From the NCBI GenBank assembly GCA_947652325.1, contig CANTCQ010000001.1, forward strand, positions 134,725-198,724: a stretch of 64,000 nt of DNA, written 5' to 3'. Position numbers and translations under genes: made by a program. Source of the stretch: an uncultured Mycoplasmatota bacterium. Lineage in GTDB: Bacteria > Bacillota_I > Bacilli_A > RF39 > UBA660. The notes under the pieces were generated by a model that worked only from the letters and a program-made list of their open reading frames with translations, searched no databases and was not told where the DNA came from. Shown piece after piece: positions 63,879 to 64,000 of the stretch (positions are counted from its first letter, which is position 1; each line of letters starts with the position of its first letter).

Positions 63879-64000
63879 ATGGCAAAAAAAAGAGAAAAAT
63901 TTGATTCTAAAAAAGTAAGAGTAAATGAAGAAGAATTAGCAATTACAAAAATAGGAGAGTTAATAACAGCAGAACAAAATCCCTTCTTTATTTTTCTTGT
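63879..64000 (+). CDS. 5' part of an unidentified ORF running off the window
   Basis: TGTTATAAT extended -10 at 63838-63846, AAGGGA RBS, ATG 63879. Begins 'MAKKREKFDSKKVRVNEEELAITKIGELITAEQNPFF...'. Confidence 0.3.
   Translation, partial: MAKKREKFDSKKVRVNEEELAITKIGELITAEQNPFFIFL

Overview
AT-rich chromosomal window from a spore-forming low-GC Bacillota. The spoIIAA-like/sigma pair, spoVAC-D-Eb, a DUF1540 gene and sigmaG-type promoters support sporulation. The standard genetic code applies: TGA, TAG and TAA all end clear genes. Most of the window is housekeeping: pyk, alr, asnB, phosphoketolase, the rimP-nusA-ylxR-infB-rbfA-truB operon, rpsO-pnp, a cell-wall enzyme cluster, ezrA and iscS-like/thiI. 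There are 12 tRNA genes in three clusters and no rRNA. The left edge (1-~2.5 kb) carries a large serine recombinase, probably the end of an integrative element, next to a tRNA operon. The standout region is ~22.9-34.6 kb. It holds a lipoprotein built from near-identical 258-bp Cys/His-rich repeats. Downstream is a six-gene locus with two SipW-type signal peptidases and several TasA/camelysin-like secreted proteins that share a variant signal motif. One of these is a ~1400-aa cadherin-like-repeat protein whose C-terminus resembles the small subunit. I read this as a multi-component SipW-dependent fibre/adhesin system, more elaborate than the known tapA-sipW-tasA type. An orphan AgrC/AgrA-like two-component system lies just upstream. 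Other points of note:
- an antisense serine-recombinase N-terminal remnant inside the recombinase tail
- a strictly 11-bp-phased TGCAA array
- an alr / ATP-grasp / AsnB trio that may modify peptidoglycan
- a frameshifted kinase and an amber-interrupted GNAT
- a STAS antagonist plus sigma factor with no SpoIIAB kinase
- a palindromic bidirectional forespore-type promoter
All calls come from reading the sequence and ORF translations. No database search was run.
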